The translations under genes and the position numbers were made by a program. 64,000 nt of DNA from an uncultured Planctomycetota bacterium (GTDB lineage: Bacteria; Planctomycetota; Planctomycetia; Isosphaerales; Isosphaeraceae), in contig CAVTTN010000002.1 of NCBI GenBank assembly GCA_963737655.1, positions 3,808,001 to 3,872,000 of the forward strand. The letters are read 5' to 3'. The notes under the pieces were generated by a model, which was given only the letters and a program-made list of their open reading frames with translations, searched no databases and had not been told where the DNA came from. Shown piece after piece: positions 39,964 through 49,098 of the stretch. Numbering within the stretch: position 1 is the stretch's first letter; every line of letters begins with the position of its first letter.

Positions 39964-41346
39964 ATGCCCGGCCCGTCCTTCTCGAACCCCCTCGACGTGA
40001 GCCTGGGGGACCCGTTCGTCTTGCGATGGGCCGGCAAATTCTATCTCTACGGGACCGGCGAAAGCCCCTCTCGGGACGACGTCCGCCAGATTCCCGCGTT
40101 CGTCTCCGACGATCTGGTTCATTGGACCGCCCTGGGCGGCTGCCTGATTTCGCCGGACCCCGGGGCCGAGGCCCGGAAGCCCGACCTGCTCGTCTGGGAC
40201 GGCCGTTTCTTCCTGGTCGTGAGCCTCCGGGGCCACGATCGAGCCGGCACGTCCCTCTGGGTGGCGGAGTCGGACCGGCCCGAGGGCCCGTTCGAGCTTT
40301 CGACCGAAATCGGGCGGGAGGACGCCCTTTCCCTCGAAGGTTTCTGGATGGTCGGGCCCGACGGGTCGCTCGGCTTGGTCCAGCGGCGTTCGCGGGTAGA
40401 CGGTCCACCGAGCGGGACCGAGATCTTCGTCCAGAAAATGATCGACCCGAGGACTCCGTCCCCGCTTGAGCCGATCCTGGCGGACTCCGCGCTCTGGCCT
40501 CGCTTCCAGGCCAACCGCCTCAGCGCCCCGCTACAGGTCGCGCCGCCCGGCCCGAACGACGTTCCCCGAGAGGGGACATTCGAAGATTCCTTTGTCGGCA
40601 TTCCGGCCGGCCTGGTGGAAGGTCCTGGGCCCGTCTCGGGAGTCCTCCCCGACGGGCTCCATCCCTGGGTCCTCTTTGCGGGCCGACGCGCTAGCGACCC
40701 CGGCCGGCGGCTTTGGCTCTGTCCCGTCGATTGGGGCGACGAGGGTCTGCGGCTCCATCTGGGAACCGACGCCGAGCTGTCCGCGCCTCCTCTGTCCCTC
40801 GAATTCGAGCCGGATTCGCACTCGTTCGACGGCGACTCGCCGTGGAACGGCTCGCCCGGAACGTGGGTCCGCACAACCGGGGGATTTCGCCAGGCCGAGC
40901 CCGGCGCGCTCTCCTCGATCTGGACCGCCGGACCTTCTCATCCCTCCGACGATTGGGCCTTCGAGGCCACGATCAGCCTGCCCGGTCCCCGATCGGTCGA
41001 GGCGGGATTGCTGGTCGGAACCCGGTCCGGCGGAGGGCTCTCGGCGGTCTTCGTTCTGGGGCCCGTACCGTCGATTCGAATCGTCGACGCGAACGGCGAG
41101 GCGTTTTCGATGCCGCTGAGGTTGGGGGATCGGCCGATGGACCTCCGCCGGCCTCACGTCCTGGCGATCCGCGTCCGCAACGGTCGGGCGGAGGTTCGGG
41201 TCGATGGCCGCCTGATTTGGTCCGACGGAGTCCTGCCGAATCCTCCGCTACGGCTCGGCCTTCACGTCCTGGGAATCGCCGATTTCGACGCGCCCGGGAT
41301 CGGGTCGGCCCCTCGGGTCAGGACCTCCCCAGAGTATCGTCGATGA
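39964..41346 (+). CDS. Divergent GH43-like beta-propeller with C-terminal beta-sandwich
   Basis: FSNPL...GDPFVL...KFYLYGT, SDDLVHW and VAESDRPEGPF. Later catalytic motifs are eroded. Confidence 0.65.
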   Translation: MPGPSFSNPLDVSLGDPFVLRWAGKFYLYGTGESPSRDDVRQIPAFVSDDLVHWTALGGCLISPDPGAEARKPDLLVWDGRFFLVVSLRGHDRAGTSLWVAESDRPEGPFELSTEIGREDALSLEGFWMVGPDGSLGLVQRRSRVDGPPSGTEIFVQKMIDPRTPSPLEPILADSALWPRFQANRLSAPLQVAPPGPNDVPREGTFEDSFVGIPAGLVEGPGPVSGVLPDGLHPWVLFAGRRASDPGRRLWLCPVDWGDEGLRLHLGTDAELSAPPLSLEFEPDSHSFDGDSPWNGSPGTWVRTTGGFRQAEPGALSSIWTAGPSHPSDDWAFEATISLPGPRSVEAGLLVGTRSGGGLSAVFVLGPVPSIRIVDANGEAFSMPLRLGDRPMDLRRPHVLAIRVRNGRAEVRVDGRLIWSDGVLPNPPLRLGLHVLGIADFDAPGIGSAPRVRTSPEYRR

Positions 41347-42472
41347 CTTGCTGAAGGCTCTCGCCAAGCCCCTTGGAGCGGATTCGATCGAGGTCGGCCC
41401 GGCAGGTGAAGAGGGCCTGGACGACCCTGGGGTCCCACTGGACGCCCAGCCCGACGCGGAAGTTCTCGTCGATCTTCATCGGCGAAAGCTTGCGTCGATA
41501 CGGCCGGTCGCTCGACATGGCGTCGAACGCATCGGCCACGGCGAGGATTCGAGCCGGAAGGGGGATGGCATCGCCCCGGAGGCCCGACGGGTAGCCCGAG
41601 CCGTCGAGGCTCTCGTGGTGGTGGAGCACCCCGGGCAGGACGTGGTGGAGCTTCTTCAGGTCGGCGAGGATCAGGGCGCCGATCTTCACGTGAGCCTGGA
41701 TCGTCTTTTGCTCTTCGGGAGTCAGGCGGTCGGGCTTCTTCAAGACGCCGTCCTCGATGCCGATCTTGCCGATATCGTGGAGCAGTCCCATCAGATACAA
41801 ATCGCCTTGCTCGACCGGGCTCATCCCCATTTCCTGGCCGAGGCGGACCGCGATCCGCGCGACACGCTCGGAGTGGCCCGAGGTATAGGGGTCCTTGGCA
41901 TCGATGGCGGCGGTCAGCGCACGGATCACGCCGAACAGCAGGTCCTTCAGGTCGGAATAGAGCCGGGCGTTGGCGCGTTGGGTGGCCACGAGCGAGGCGA
42001 CGGTCCGCATCGCCTCGGCCTCGGCCATCCCGGGGATTCCCGGGGGCGGGTTGATCGCCAGGAGCCAGCCGCCCTGGGACTCCGAGGTCGCCGCCACCAC
42101 GATCAGTCGGCGGAGCCAGGGGCGGGACGGGTCATTCACCGCGTCGCGGACCGAGATCGAGTCGCCCCCCGAGCCGGGCACGAGCTTGCGGACCATTTCC
42201 TGCTCGACGCCCGCGATCGTCCCGGCCGAGACCACCGGCTCGCGGGCCGAGCCCGGAACCCAGGCGACCATCTCGGCTCCGAGGGCATCCAGCACGGCCC
42301 AGGCCGTCCGTTTCTGGAACTTTTCGGGATTGTCCGAGACCCTCAGGCGACGAATCAGGCGATCGGCCAGGCCCGAGACGGGATCGACCGCTCGCACCTG
42401 GTGCTCGGAGTCCGACGGGCCGTCATCGGCTGTCCAGTTTTGACTTCTCAGCCCGATCCCCGCCATTGGCAA
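41318..42472 (-). CDS. HD-GYP domain protein (putative c-di-GMP phosphodiesterase)
   Basis: IDAKDPYTSGHSERVA, LLHDIGKIG, HHESLDGSGYP, AVADAFDAMSSDRPYR; GAF-like N-terminal region. Confidence 0.92.
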   Translation of the reverse strand: MPMAGIGLRSQNWTADDGPSDSEHQVRAVDPVSGLADRLIRRLRVSDNPEKFQKRTAWAVLDALGAEMVAWVPGSAREPVVSAGTIAGVEQEMVRKLVPGSGGDSISVRDAVNDPSRPWLRRLIVVAATSESQGGWLLAINPPPGIPGMAEAEAMRTVASLVATQRANARLYSDLKDLLFGVIRALTAAIDAKDPYTSGHSERVARIAVRLGQEMGMSPVEQGDLYLMGLLHDIGKIGIEDGVLKKPDRLTPEEQKTIQAHVKIGALILADLKKLHHVLPGVLHHHESLDGSGYPSGLRGDAIPLPARILAVADAFDAMSSDRPYRRKLSPMKIDENFRVGLGVQWDPRVVQALFTCRADLDRIRSKGLGESLQQVIDDTLGRS

Positions 42473-42668
42473 CGCCTCGTCAGATGGTTCCGCCGTCGGA
42501 AGTCCCTCTCTGAGTGATCCTAGGACGCATTCGCCGCCTCGACTGGGCCGATCGGCGGCGGCTTCTCGACGGGGCGCGTTGGACAGACCCCGGGACGGAG
42601 CCTAGAGAAGACAGGGAGCTCCGACGCCGGTCCGTCGCGCCGGTCGGTCCGCGAGGAGGCGAACGCCG

Positions 42669-45668
42669 ATGACCGAGGACCGACCTGGCCGATGGGACGA
42701 GAGCGATCGCCCCTTGATTGACGGGTGGGACCTCGCCGTCAGCGAGGCGCCGCGGGGAGAGAGCCTCAACGGTCCGGCGGACCGGGACCTTTCCTTCCGA
42801 ATCGCCGAACCCGCCCCGCCCGATGCGCCGCCTGGGCCGGTCTTCCAATCTACCCGGACCCTCGTCCCGAGGCCCGATCCGGCCCGATCGGGCCTCGCCT
42901 TCCCGCGAGAAGGCCAGGTCCTCGGCGGTTTCCGGATCGTCGGGGAGCTTGGACGAGGTGCGTTCGCCAGGGTCTACCTGGCCGAGCAGGTCGAGCTCGG
43001 CGGCCGGAAAGTCGCGCTCAAAATCGCGGAGGCGCTGGGCGATGAGCCCCAGGCCCTGGCCCGGCTCCAGCATGCTCACATCGTCCCGATTCATTCGATC
43101 CACGACGATCCGGCGACCGGGTTCCGCCTGCTTTGCATGCCGTTCGTGGGCGGGGCGAACCTCGCTCAGATCCTCGCCGAGGCCGGGGCCCGCTCCCCGA
43201 CTCTGGACCAGGGCCGAAGCCTGGTCGAGGCCCTCGACCTGCTCAACGCCGGTCCGGCGACGCGCAAGGGCGTGGAGTCGCCATCCTGCGTCGGCGACTC
43301 GACCACGAACCTGACGAAACCGGCCGACGGGCTGGCCCGGGAAGAGCGATCCCCGTCCCTGGTGCGATCCCTTCTGGGTCGATACTGGGTCCGGCTCCCC
43401 TGGGGTTCCCAGCTCGAACCCGCCGGTCCCGGTCAAGAGGCAGTCGAGGAGAGGAACCGGCCCGCCCGCCGCTATCTTCAGTCGCATTCCTACGTCCAGG
43501 CGGCCGCGTGGATCACCGCCCGGCTCGCTGAAGGACTCGAACATGCCCACGAGCGCGGCATCCTCCACCGAGACCTCAAGCCCTCCAACATCCTGATCGC
43601 CGCCGATGGCACGCCGATGCTCCTGGATTTCAACCTCGCCGCCGAGGCGGACGATCGGCAGGAGAGGGGCGACCGGGCCCGCCTCGGCGGCACCCTGCCT
43701 TACATGGCCCCCGAGCATCTCGACGCCTTCAACCCGATGGGGACGACCTCTCCCGAGGCCGTCGATCGACGATCCGATCTCTATTCTCTCGGCCTGATCC
43801 TCTGGGAAATCCTTGGAGGACACCACCCCTTCGACGATCCTCCGGTCGGCAACCGCCTGATCGAGGCCGTCACCTTCATGACCGCCGAAAGGCGCCGAGG
43901 GGCGCCGTCAGTCCGCGAGTCCAACCCGATGGTCCCTCCCAGCCTCGACGCGATCCTCGCCAAGAGCCTGGCCCCGGAACCGGCCCGCCGCTACTCCCGG
44001 GCTTCCGAATTCGCCGAGGACCTCAACCGGTTCCTGGACGACCTCCCCAACCGCTTCGCCCCCGAGCCCAGCCCCAAGGAGAGGCTGGCGAAATGGTGGA
44101 AGCGCCACCCTCAGTTTCGAGGGGCCGGGCCCGTGGCGGCCACGGCCGCGTTCCTTCTCCTGCTCGTCGGGATGGTCTCGATGGCCGTCTTTGAAGGGGC
44201 GCAAACCGTCAAGGCCCGCCTCGTCCGGGCCCACTTCCGCGACAATTTCGCCCGCTGTCAGCTCCTCCTGAACACGGCGAGCGGGCCATCGAGCCACCTC
44301 GGCCGGGGGCTGGAAGAGGCCGAGCGAGCTTTGGCACCATATCGCGTCCTGTCGGACTCCAAATGGAGCAGGGCAGCCATGGTCCGATTGCTCCCGGCCG
44401 AGGAACAAACCGCCCTCCGCGAGGAGGTCTCCGAGCTGCTTCTGCTGACGACCCGGGCCCGCGTGGCCTCGGCCCGATCTCGGTCGGAGCCCGTCCGCCG
44501 GAAGGCCCTGCTGGAGGCCGTGGCGCGACTCTCCCTGGCCGAACGGATCGACCCTCGCCCTTCGGCGGCCCTGTTCGAGGACCGGGCGCGTTATCTCGCC
44601 GCCCTGGGCGAGGCCCGCCAGGCTCGGGCCGATCGCGACCGAGCCTCGCAAATCCCCTTGACCTCGGCCCGAGATTATTACCTCGCCGGGATGGCCCACG
44701 CCGGTTCGGGGGCGATCGACCAGGCCGAGGCCGAGCTCTCTCGGGCCATCGCCATCGACCCCCAGCGGTTCTGGGCCTGGTTCGTCCTGGGAACCTGCCA
44801 CTTCGACGCCGGCCGGTTCGAGGCCGCGGCGGGGGATTTTTCCGCCTGCACCCTGCTCGCACCGGATTTCGCCTGGCCCCATCTCAACCGAGGGCTGGCG
44901 CTGGCGTCGGCGGGCCATCTCGCCTCGGCGAGGGCCGAGTATGATCGGGCCCTGGCCCTGAGCCCGGACTTCGTGGAAGCCCTGGTGAACCGCGCGCTCG
45001 TCTGCCTCCAATCCGACGATCCCACGCAGGCCGAGGCCGACCTGCGGAGGGCCCAGCACCTCGGTCGCCGCGAGGCCCCTCTGCTCGCCGCTCGGGCCGA
45101 GGCCCTCTCTCGACTCGGTCGCCGCGACCAGGCCGAAGCCGAGTTCGCCGAGGCCCTCAAGATCCGGCCCGACGACCCGGCGATCCTCGTGGCCAGAGGC
45201 TTCTCCCGGCTGACCGTCGACCCGGCCGGCTCGGCCAGCGATTTTGGCCGGGTCCTGGATCGAAATCCCCGCCATGCCCGCGCCTCCCTCGGCATGGCTC
45301 GACTCCGAGCCCAGGATCGACCCGAGGCACTCCGCCTCGTGGATTCGGCCCTCGACGCCGATCCCACTCTCGGTGACGCCCGCCAGTTTCGCGCCCTTCT
45401 CCGGGCTCGTTCCGGCCTGCGCTCGGCGGTGGCCGATGTCGATCTCCTCGTCGCGACTCCTTCGCCTCATTCCTTTTACAACGCCTCGTGTGCCCTGGCC
45501 GTCCTCGCCGAGAAGACCGGCGATTCTTCCTATCTGGCCCGAGCCGTCGGGCTGCTTCGGAGGGCGATCGTCCTCGGCTTCCCCCGCGAGATCGCCTCGC
45601 GAGATCCCGACCTGCTCCCCCTCCGCAATCGCCCTGAGTTCCGGGCGATCGTCGGAGAGGGCGATTGA
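42669..45668 (+). CDS. Membrane Ser/Thr protein kinase with TPR repeats
   Basis: LGRGAFARVY, VALK, HRDLKPSN, DFN, GTLPYMAPE, DLYSLG, one TM helix, TPRs and a terminal YN..C...DPDL..LR..PEF module. Confidence 0.93.
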   Translation: MTEDRPGRWDESDRPLIDGWDLAVSEAPRGESLNGPADRDLSFRIAEPAPPDAPPGPVFQSTRTLVPRPDPARSGLAFPREGQVLGGFRIVGELGRGAFARVYLAEQVELGGRKVALKIAEALGDEPQALARLQHAHIVPIHSIHDDPATGFRLLCMPFVGGANLAQILAEAGARSPTLDQGRSLVEALDLLNAGPATRKGVESPSCVGDSTTNLTKPADGLAREERSPSLVRSLLGRYWVRLPWGSQLEPAGPGQEAVEERNRPARRYLQSHSYVQAAAWITARLAEGLEHAHERGILHRDLKPSNILIAADGTPMLLDFNLAAEADDRQERGDRARLGGTLPYMAPEHLDAFNPMGTTSPEAVDRRSDLYSLGLILWEILGGHHPFDDPPVGNRLIEAVTFMTAERRRGAPSVRESNPMVPPSLDAILAKSLAPEPARRYSRASEFAEDLNRFLDDLPNRFAPEPSPKERLAKWWKRHPQFRGAGPVAATAAFLLLLVGMVSMAVFEGAQTVKARLVRAHFRDNFARCQLLLNTASGPSSHLGRGLEEAERALAPYRVLSDSKWSRAAMVRLLPAEEQTALREEVSELLLLTTRARVASARSRSEPVRRKALLEAVARLSLAERIDPRPSAALFEDRARYLAALGEARQARADRDRASQIPLTSARDYYLAGMAHAGSGAIDQAEAELSRAIAIDPQRFWAWFVLGTCHFDAGRFEAAAGDFSACTLLAPDFAWPHLNRGLALASAGHLASARAEYDRALALSPDFVEALVNRALVCLQSDDPTQAEADLRRAQHLGRREAPLLAARAEALSRLGRRDQAEAEFAEALKIRPDDPAILVARGFSRLTVDPAGSASDFGRVLDRNPRHARASLGMARLRAQDRPEALRLVDSALDADPTLGDARQFRALLRARSGLRSAVADVDLLVATPSPHSFYNASCALAVLAEKTGDSSYLARAVGLLRRAIVLGFPREIASRDPDLLPLRNRPEFRAIVGEGD

Positions 45669-45712
45669 ATCCACGGTCTCGCTCAGCTGTACTTTCCGGG
45701 TGAATGTATATC

Positions 45713-47044
45713 TCATGCGGCCAAGCTGAGCAGCCTTTCTGCCATGGCCTGGATTTCCGCCTCGGTCGCCCCCGGGCGTAGAGTCGCACGAATCTCCTCG
45801 CCCAGCAATTCACGACGCCACGCCCGCCGCTTGTCCGCGTGGCTCGGACGGCGCGGCGAGCTATCCCACGGCGAGCCCGAGCGGTCTACCAACTCCTCCT
45901 GCTTCCGGCCCCAGGCCCACGCCTCGGTCCGCGTGAACGTCCACAGGCAGACGTGGAACGCCCCGATGTTCGCCCAGATGAACCGCACCTGCTGTTGGCC
46001 CGCCCCGACGACCTGCTTGCACTCGCGAAAGGTGATCTCCAGGCTGAACCGGTCGGACACCATCCCCAGGATGTCGGCCACGCTCGCCTCGGTGTCGGAG
46101 CAGAAATAGGCCCGCCATCCGGTCGGCTCATCGACCAGCACCACTCGGATCGCGCCACCGGCCGGCCGCCAGGTCGCCAGGAACGTCTTGTACTTCTTGA
46201 CCGCCTTCTGCCCGTAAAGGTCGAACGTGTCGGACGACCAGCCACGCCGCTGGCCGCCTCGCTTGGCCAGGTCGATCTTTTCCTCCCCGTAGGTCCGCGG
46301 CCGGCCCCGCTTCCCCGCCGGCCGTGGGCCGGGCAACGTCCGCAACGCCGCATCCTTTCTGAGTCGGCTGACGACCGTCATGCCCAGTGACATCGCCGGC
46401 TTGAGGAAGGCCGCCTTGGCATAGGCACCGTCGGCCACCACCCGGATCGGCAATCCCAGCAGCCCCAGCCAGGGCTTGGCCCACCGCAGCAGTTCGACGG
46501 CCGTTTCCAGCTTGGTGCGGAACGGCGGCCGATGCTTCGGGTCGATGCCCGGCAGGTCCTTCTTGCGGACGTAGAGCCGGGCCAGCAGCGGCAGGGCGAC
46601 GACTCCCCACGACGGATGGGCCACGAGCAGGGCCAGGACGACGAAGACATGGCCGTAGACATAGGGCGAACCGGCAGGGCCGGGTGTCGGGTTGTGATGC
46701 ACGCCGGCCCCCTGGACGTGCGGGCCATACCGCTTCGTCGGGGTGTCGTCCAGGGCGAGGGTTAGCCGCGTGGCCCCCTTGAGGAGCGGCCGGACCACCT
46801 CGGTCAGCAGTCGTCGGGCGATGCGATCGGCCCGCTTGCCGGCGGCCGCCACGGCGACGTAGCAGCGCTGATATTGACCGCCGAGCTTGGCCGCCCTGAT
46901 CCAGGTGGTGACGGTGCGCCGGCCCCGGGCCAGGACGGCGCCGAGGAACAGCAGGGCGAGCCGGGGAGCGGAGCGACGGTCGAGGGCGACGGCGAGCCAG
47001 GAGAACCACTGGCACGGGGCGGGCGTGAGACGCGAGGATGTCAT
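45713..47044 (-). CDS. DDE transposase (DDE_5/IS701-like)
   Basis: LALDDT, VVADGAY and R..LE..FRE.K motifs; lies inside the TIRs. Confidence 0.93.
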   Translation of the reverse strand: MTSSRLTPAPCQWFSWLAVALDRRSAPRLALLFLGAVLARGRRTVTTWIRAAKLGGQYQRCYVAVAAAGKRADRIARRLLTEVVRPLLKGATRLTLALDDTPTKRYGPHVQGAGVHHNPTPGPAGSPYVYGHVFVVLALLVAHPSWGVVALPLLARLYVRKKDLPGIDPKHRPPFRTKLETAVELLRWAKPWLGLLGLPIRVVADGAYAKAAFLKPAMSLGMTVVSRLRKDAALRTLPGPRPAGKRGRPRTYGEEKIDLAKRGGQRRGWSSDTFDLYGQKAVKKYKTFLATWRPAGGAIRVVLVDEPTGWRAYFCSDTEASVADILGMVSDRFSLEITFRECKQVVGAGQQQVRFIWANIGAFHVCLWTFTRTEAWAWGRKQEELVDRSGSPWDSSPRRPSHADKRRAWRRELLGEEIRATLRPGATEAEIQAMAERLLSLAA

Positions 47045-47145
47045 CGGGGGCCGGCTCCGCTCGGGGTGTCAGGCTGGTGTAGTAACCGCCATCGTCCCGC
47101 TCGGGCCGGCCCCCGTCTAATCGATTTGGACAGGCGGCTCCGCTC

Positions 47146-47520
47146 GTGTGTATCCAGGGAACGCTCCAACGAGACGACGGCCAGCCGCTGGGCACACCGA
47201 CTTCGGTCCAGCAGTCACTTCGCGCCGTATTCCCTGATGTCGCGTTCGACTGGTCACCGTCCGGCCGGGAGAAGCTCGCGAGCCTTAACGCACGAGGGAT
47301 CGCGCTGCCAGAGATGGTGAGTGGAGCCCTGGAGCAGCGACCCTCCTTCATGTGCGGCCACGTGGAATCCGAATCATACGAAGTCACCTTCAACCTCGGT
47401 ACCGGCGGTCCTGTGGAGCGAGTCTGGGTTCAGGTCAACCGGGGCGTTGCCCAGGTCTCCCACTGCTGGGAGATACTCTGTCTGAGCACGGGCTGGGAAC
47501 TGAGCCTCGAGAGCGGCTGA
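47146..47520 (+). CDS. Hypothetical passenger protein inside the IS
   Basis: 124-aa ORF with globular composition and less GC3 bias than its neighbours, between the transposase start and the TIR. Start uncertain. Confidence 0.55.
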   Translation: MCIQGTLQRDDGQPLGTPTSVQQSLRAVFPDVAFDWSPSGREKLASLNARGIALPEMVSGALEQRPSFMCGHVESESYEVTFNLGTGGPVERVWVQVNRGVAQVSHCWEILCLSTGWELSLESG

Positions 47521-47589
47521 TTCCAATCCTCGCGCGGCCTCGGACCCGACCGACGGTTCGGAAGCTATAAAATCCCGGAAAGTACAGGC

Positions 47590-48858
47590 TCAGAATCCGC
47601 CTTCGAAACACTCGCGGATCGTTGGCAGATACTTCTCGGGCGACGCCGTATTGACCAGGACCACGCGATCCCCGGGACGGATCAGGCCCCGATCGGCGAT
47701 CTCGGGAAGGGCGGCGAGGGTCGCGGCACCCTCGGGCGACCAGGCGAACCGCCGAACCCGCCACTCCTCGGCGATCGTCCGGCGGATCTGGTCGTCCGAG
47801 ACCCTCACCGCCGCCCCTCCGCTCTCGGCCATGATCCGCAAGACATGAGCATGCCCGACGTTTTTCGCCACGTTCAGGCCGGTGGCCAGGGTCCGGCCCG
47901 GCGGCTTCGGGGTGATGTCGCCTTCGCCGGCCTCGAAGGCCCGGACGATGGGATCGGTCGCAACCGACTGGACGCAGATCATCCTCGGTCGATCCGGACC
48001 GACCAGCCCCAGCGCTTCCAACTCATCGAACGCCTTGGCCATGCCGACCACGCCGGTGCCTCCGCCGGTGGGATAAACGATCACTTGGGGCAGGGACCAG
48101 GTCCGCGACGCCAACCGATCTCCCCGCGGCTCGGCCATCTCCAGCCCGAGTGTCTTCTTGCCCTCGGTCCGCCAGCCCGGCTCCTGGAACGTCGCGACGC
48201 TGAAGTATCCATTCGGAACATAATGCTCACGAACCCTTTGCGCACAATCGACGATCGTGCCGGGGACCAGCTCCAGGGTGATCCGATCGGGATGGAGCGC
48301 GGCCAGGGCCGCCACGCTCCCGAGGACCGGCAAGTCCGTCTCAGGCGACATCACCACGGCCGCCCGGATTCCGCCGGCCTCGGCGTATCGGGCCAGGGCG
48401 TCCCCGGCGTTGCCCTGGGTCGGCACCGCGAGCCGGTCCAGACCCAGCCACTTCGCCATGGAGACCGTCATCGCCATCCCGCGATCCTTGAACGAGAGCG
48501 TCGGGTTGGCTCCGAACCCGGGATGGTGCCGGCCTTCGTCCTTGACCCGCAAGTCGCACCCGAGCGACCGCCCGAGCGGGTGTTCGTACGCGATCTCGGG
48601 CGTGAACCCTTCCCCGAGGTCGACGATCGAGGTGCGATCGGCAGGGTCGGTGACGTCGAGTGGAAGGAGACCGCCAAATCGCCACAAGTCGTGACGTGAT
48701 GGGTCCCAGAAGCCATCCGGGCCGCATGCGGACTTGAGCCGGTCCAGGTCCATCATGACCTGGACCGGCCTCCCGCAGCCGTCACAAAGGTTCATGATCC
48801 GATCAGCCGGATAGCATGCCCGGCAGGTCGCGCAGGCCAGGTGCGAGACAAATCTCAT
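47590..48858 (-). CDS. thrC: Threonine synthase (PLP fold-type II)
   Basis: N-terminal CxxC/CxxC, LGEG.TP, NPTLSFKDRG (PLP Lys), EGKKTLGLE, YPTGGGTG, PEGAA. Confidence 0.88.
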   Translation of the reverse strand: MRFVSHLACATCRACYPADRIMNLCDGCGRPVQVMMDLDRLKSACGPDGFWDPSRHDLWRFGGLLPLDVTDPADRTSIVDLGEGFTPEIAYEHPLGRSLGCDLRVKDEGRHHPGFGANPTLSFKDRGMAMTVSMAKWLGLDRLAVPTQGNAGDALARYAEAGGIRAAVVMSPETDLPVLGSVAALAALHPDRITLELVPGTIVDCAQRVREHYVPNGYFSVATFQEPGWRTEGKKTLGLEMAEPRGDRLASRTWSLPQVIVYPTGGGTGVVGMAKAFDELEALGLVGPDRPRMICVQSVATDPIVRAFEAGEGDITPKPPGRTLATGLNVAKNVGHAHVLRIMAESGGAAVRVSDDQIRRTIAEEWRVRRFAWSPEGAATLAALPEIADRGLIRPGDRVVLVNTASPEKYLPTIRECFEGGF

Positions 48859-49098
48859 GGGGTCGAAACCGAGGGCCTCGGGACGGAATTGGACGCCATC
48901 CTACCAGGACGAGGGCCGGGCGGAGAAAAATCGCGAAGCTCGATGAATAGTCGGCCAGGTTCCGACGTTACACTATCGACAGTCGCCCGCCGCCGGCCTC
49001 CAACCTCCCGGGTCCTTCCCGATCGGCCGATCTGGCGGGACGATCCCGACCTGAAACGCTCTTCTTCGTTCGTTTCCGATTCAGAAAGGTGGTTCGCC

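Larger units (their letters stand above)
45687..47587 (-). mobile_element. Complete DDE insertion sequence (IS701/IS4-like), 1901 bp, with passenger ORF
   Basis: 14-bp perfect TIRs CTGTACTTTCCGGG (45687-45700) and CCCGGAAAGTACAG (47574-47587). Direct repeat GCTCAG at 45681-45686 and 47588-47593. Confidence 0.92.
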
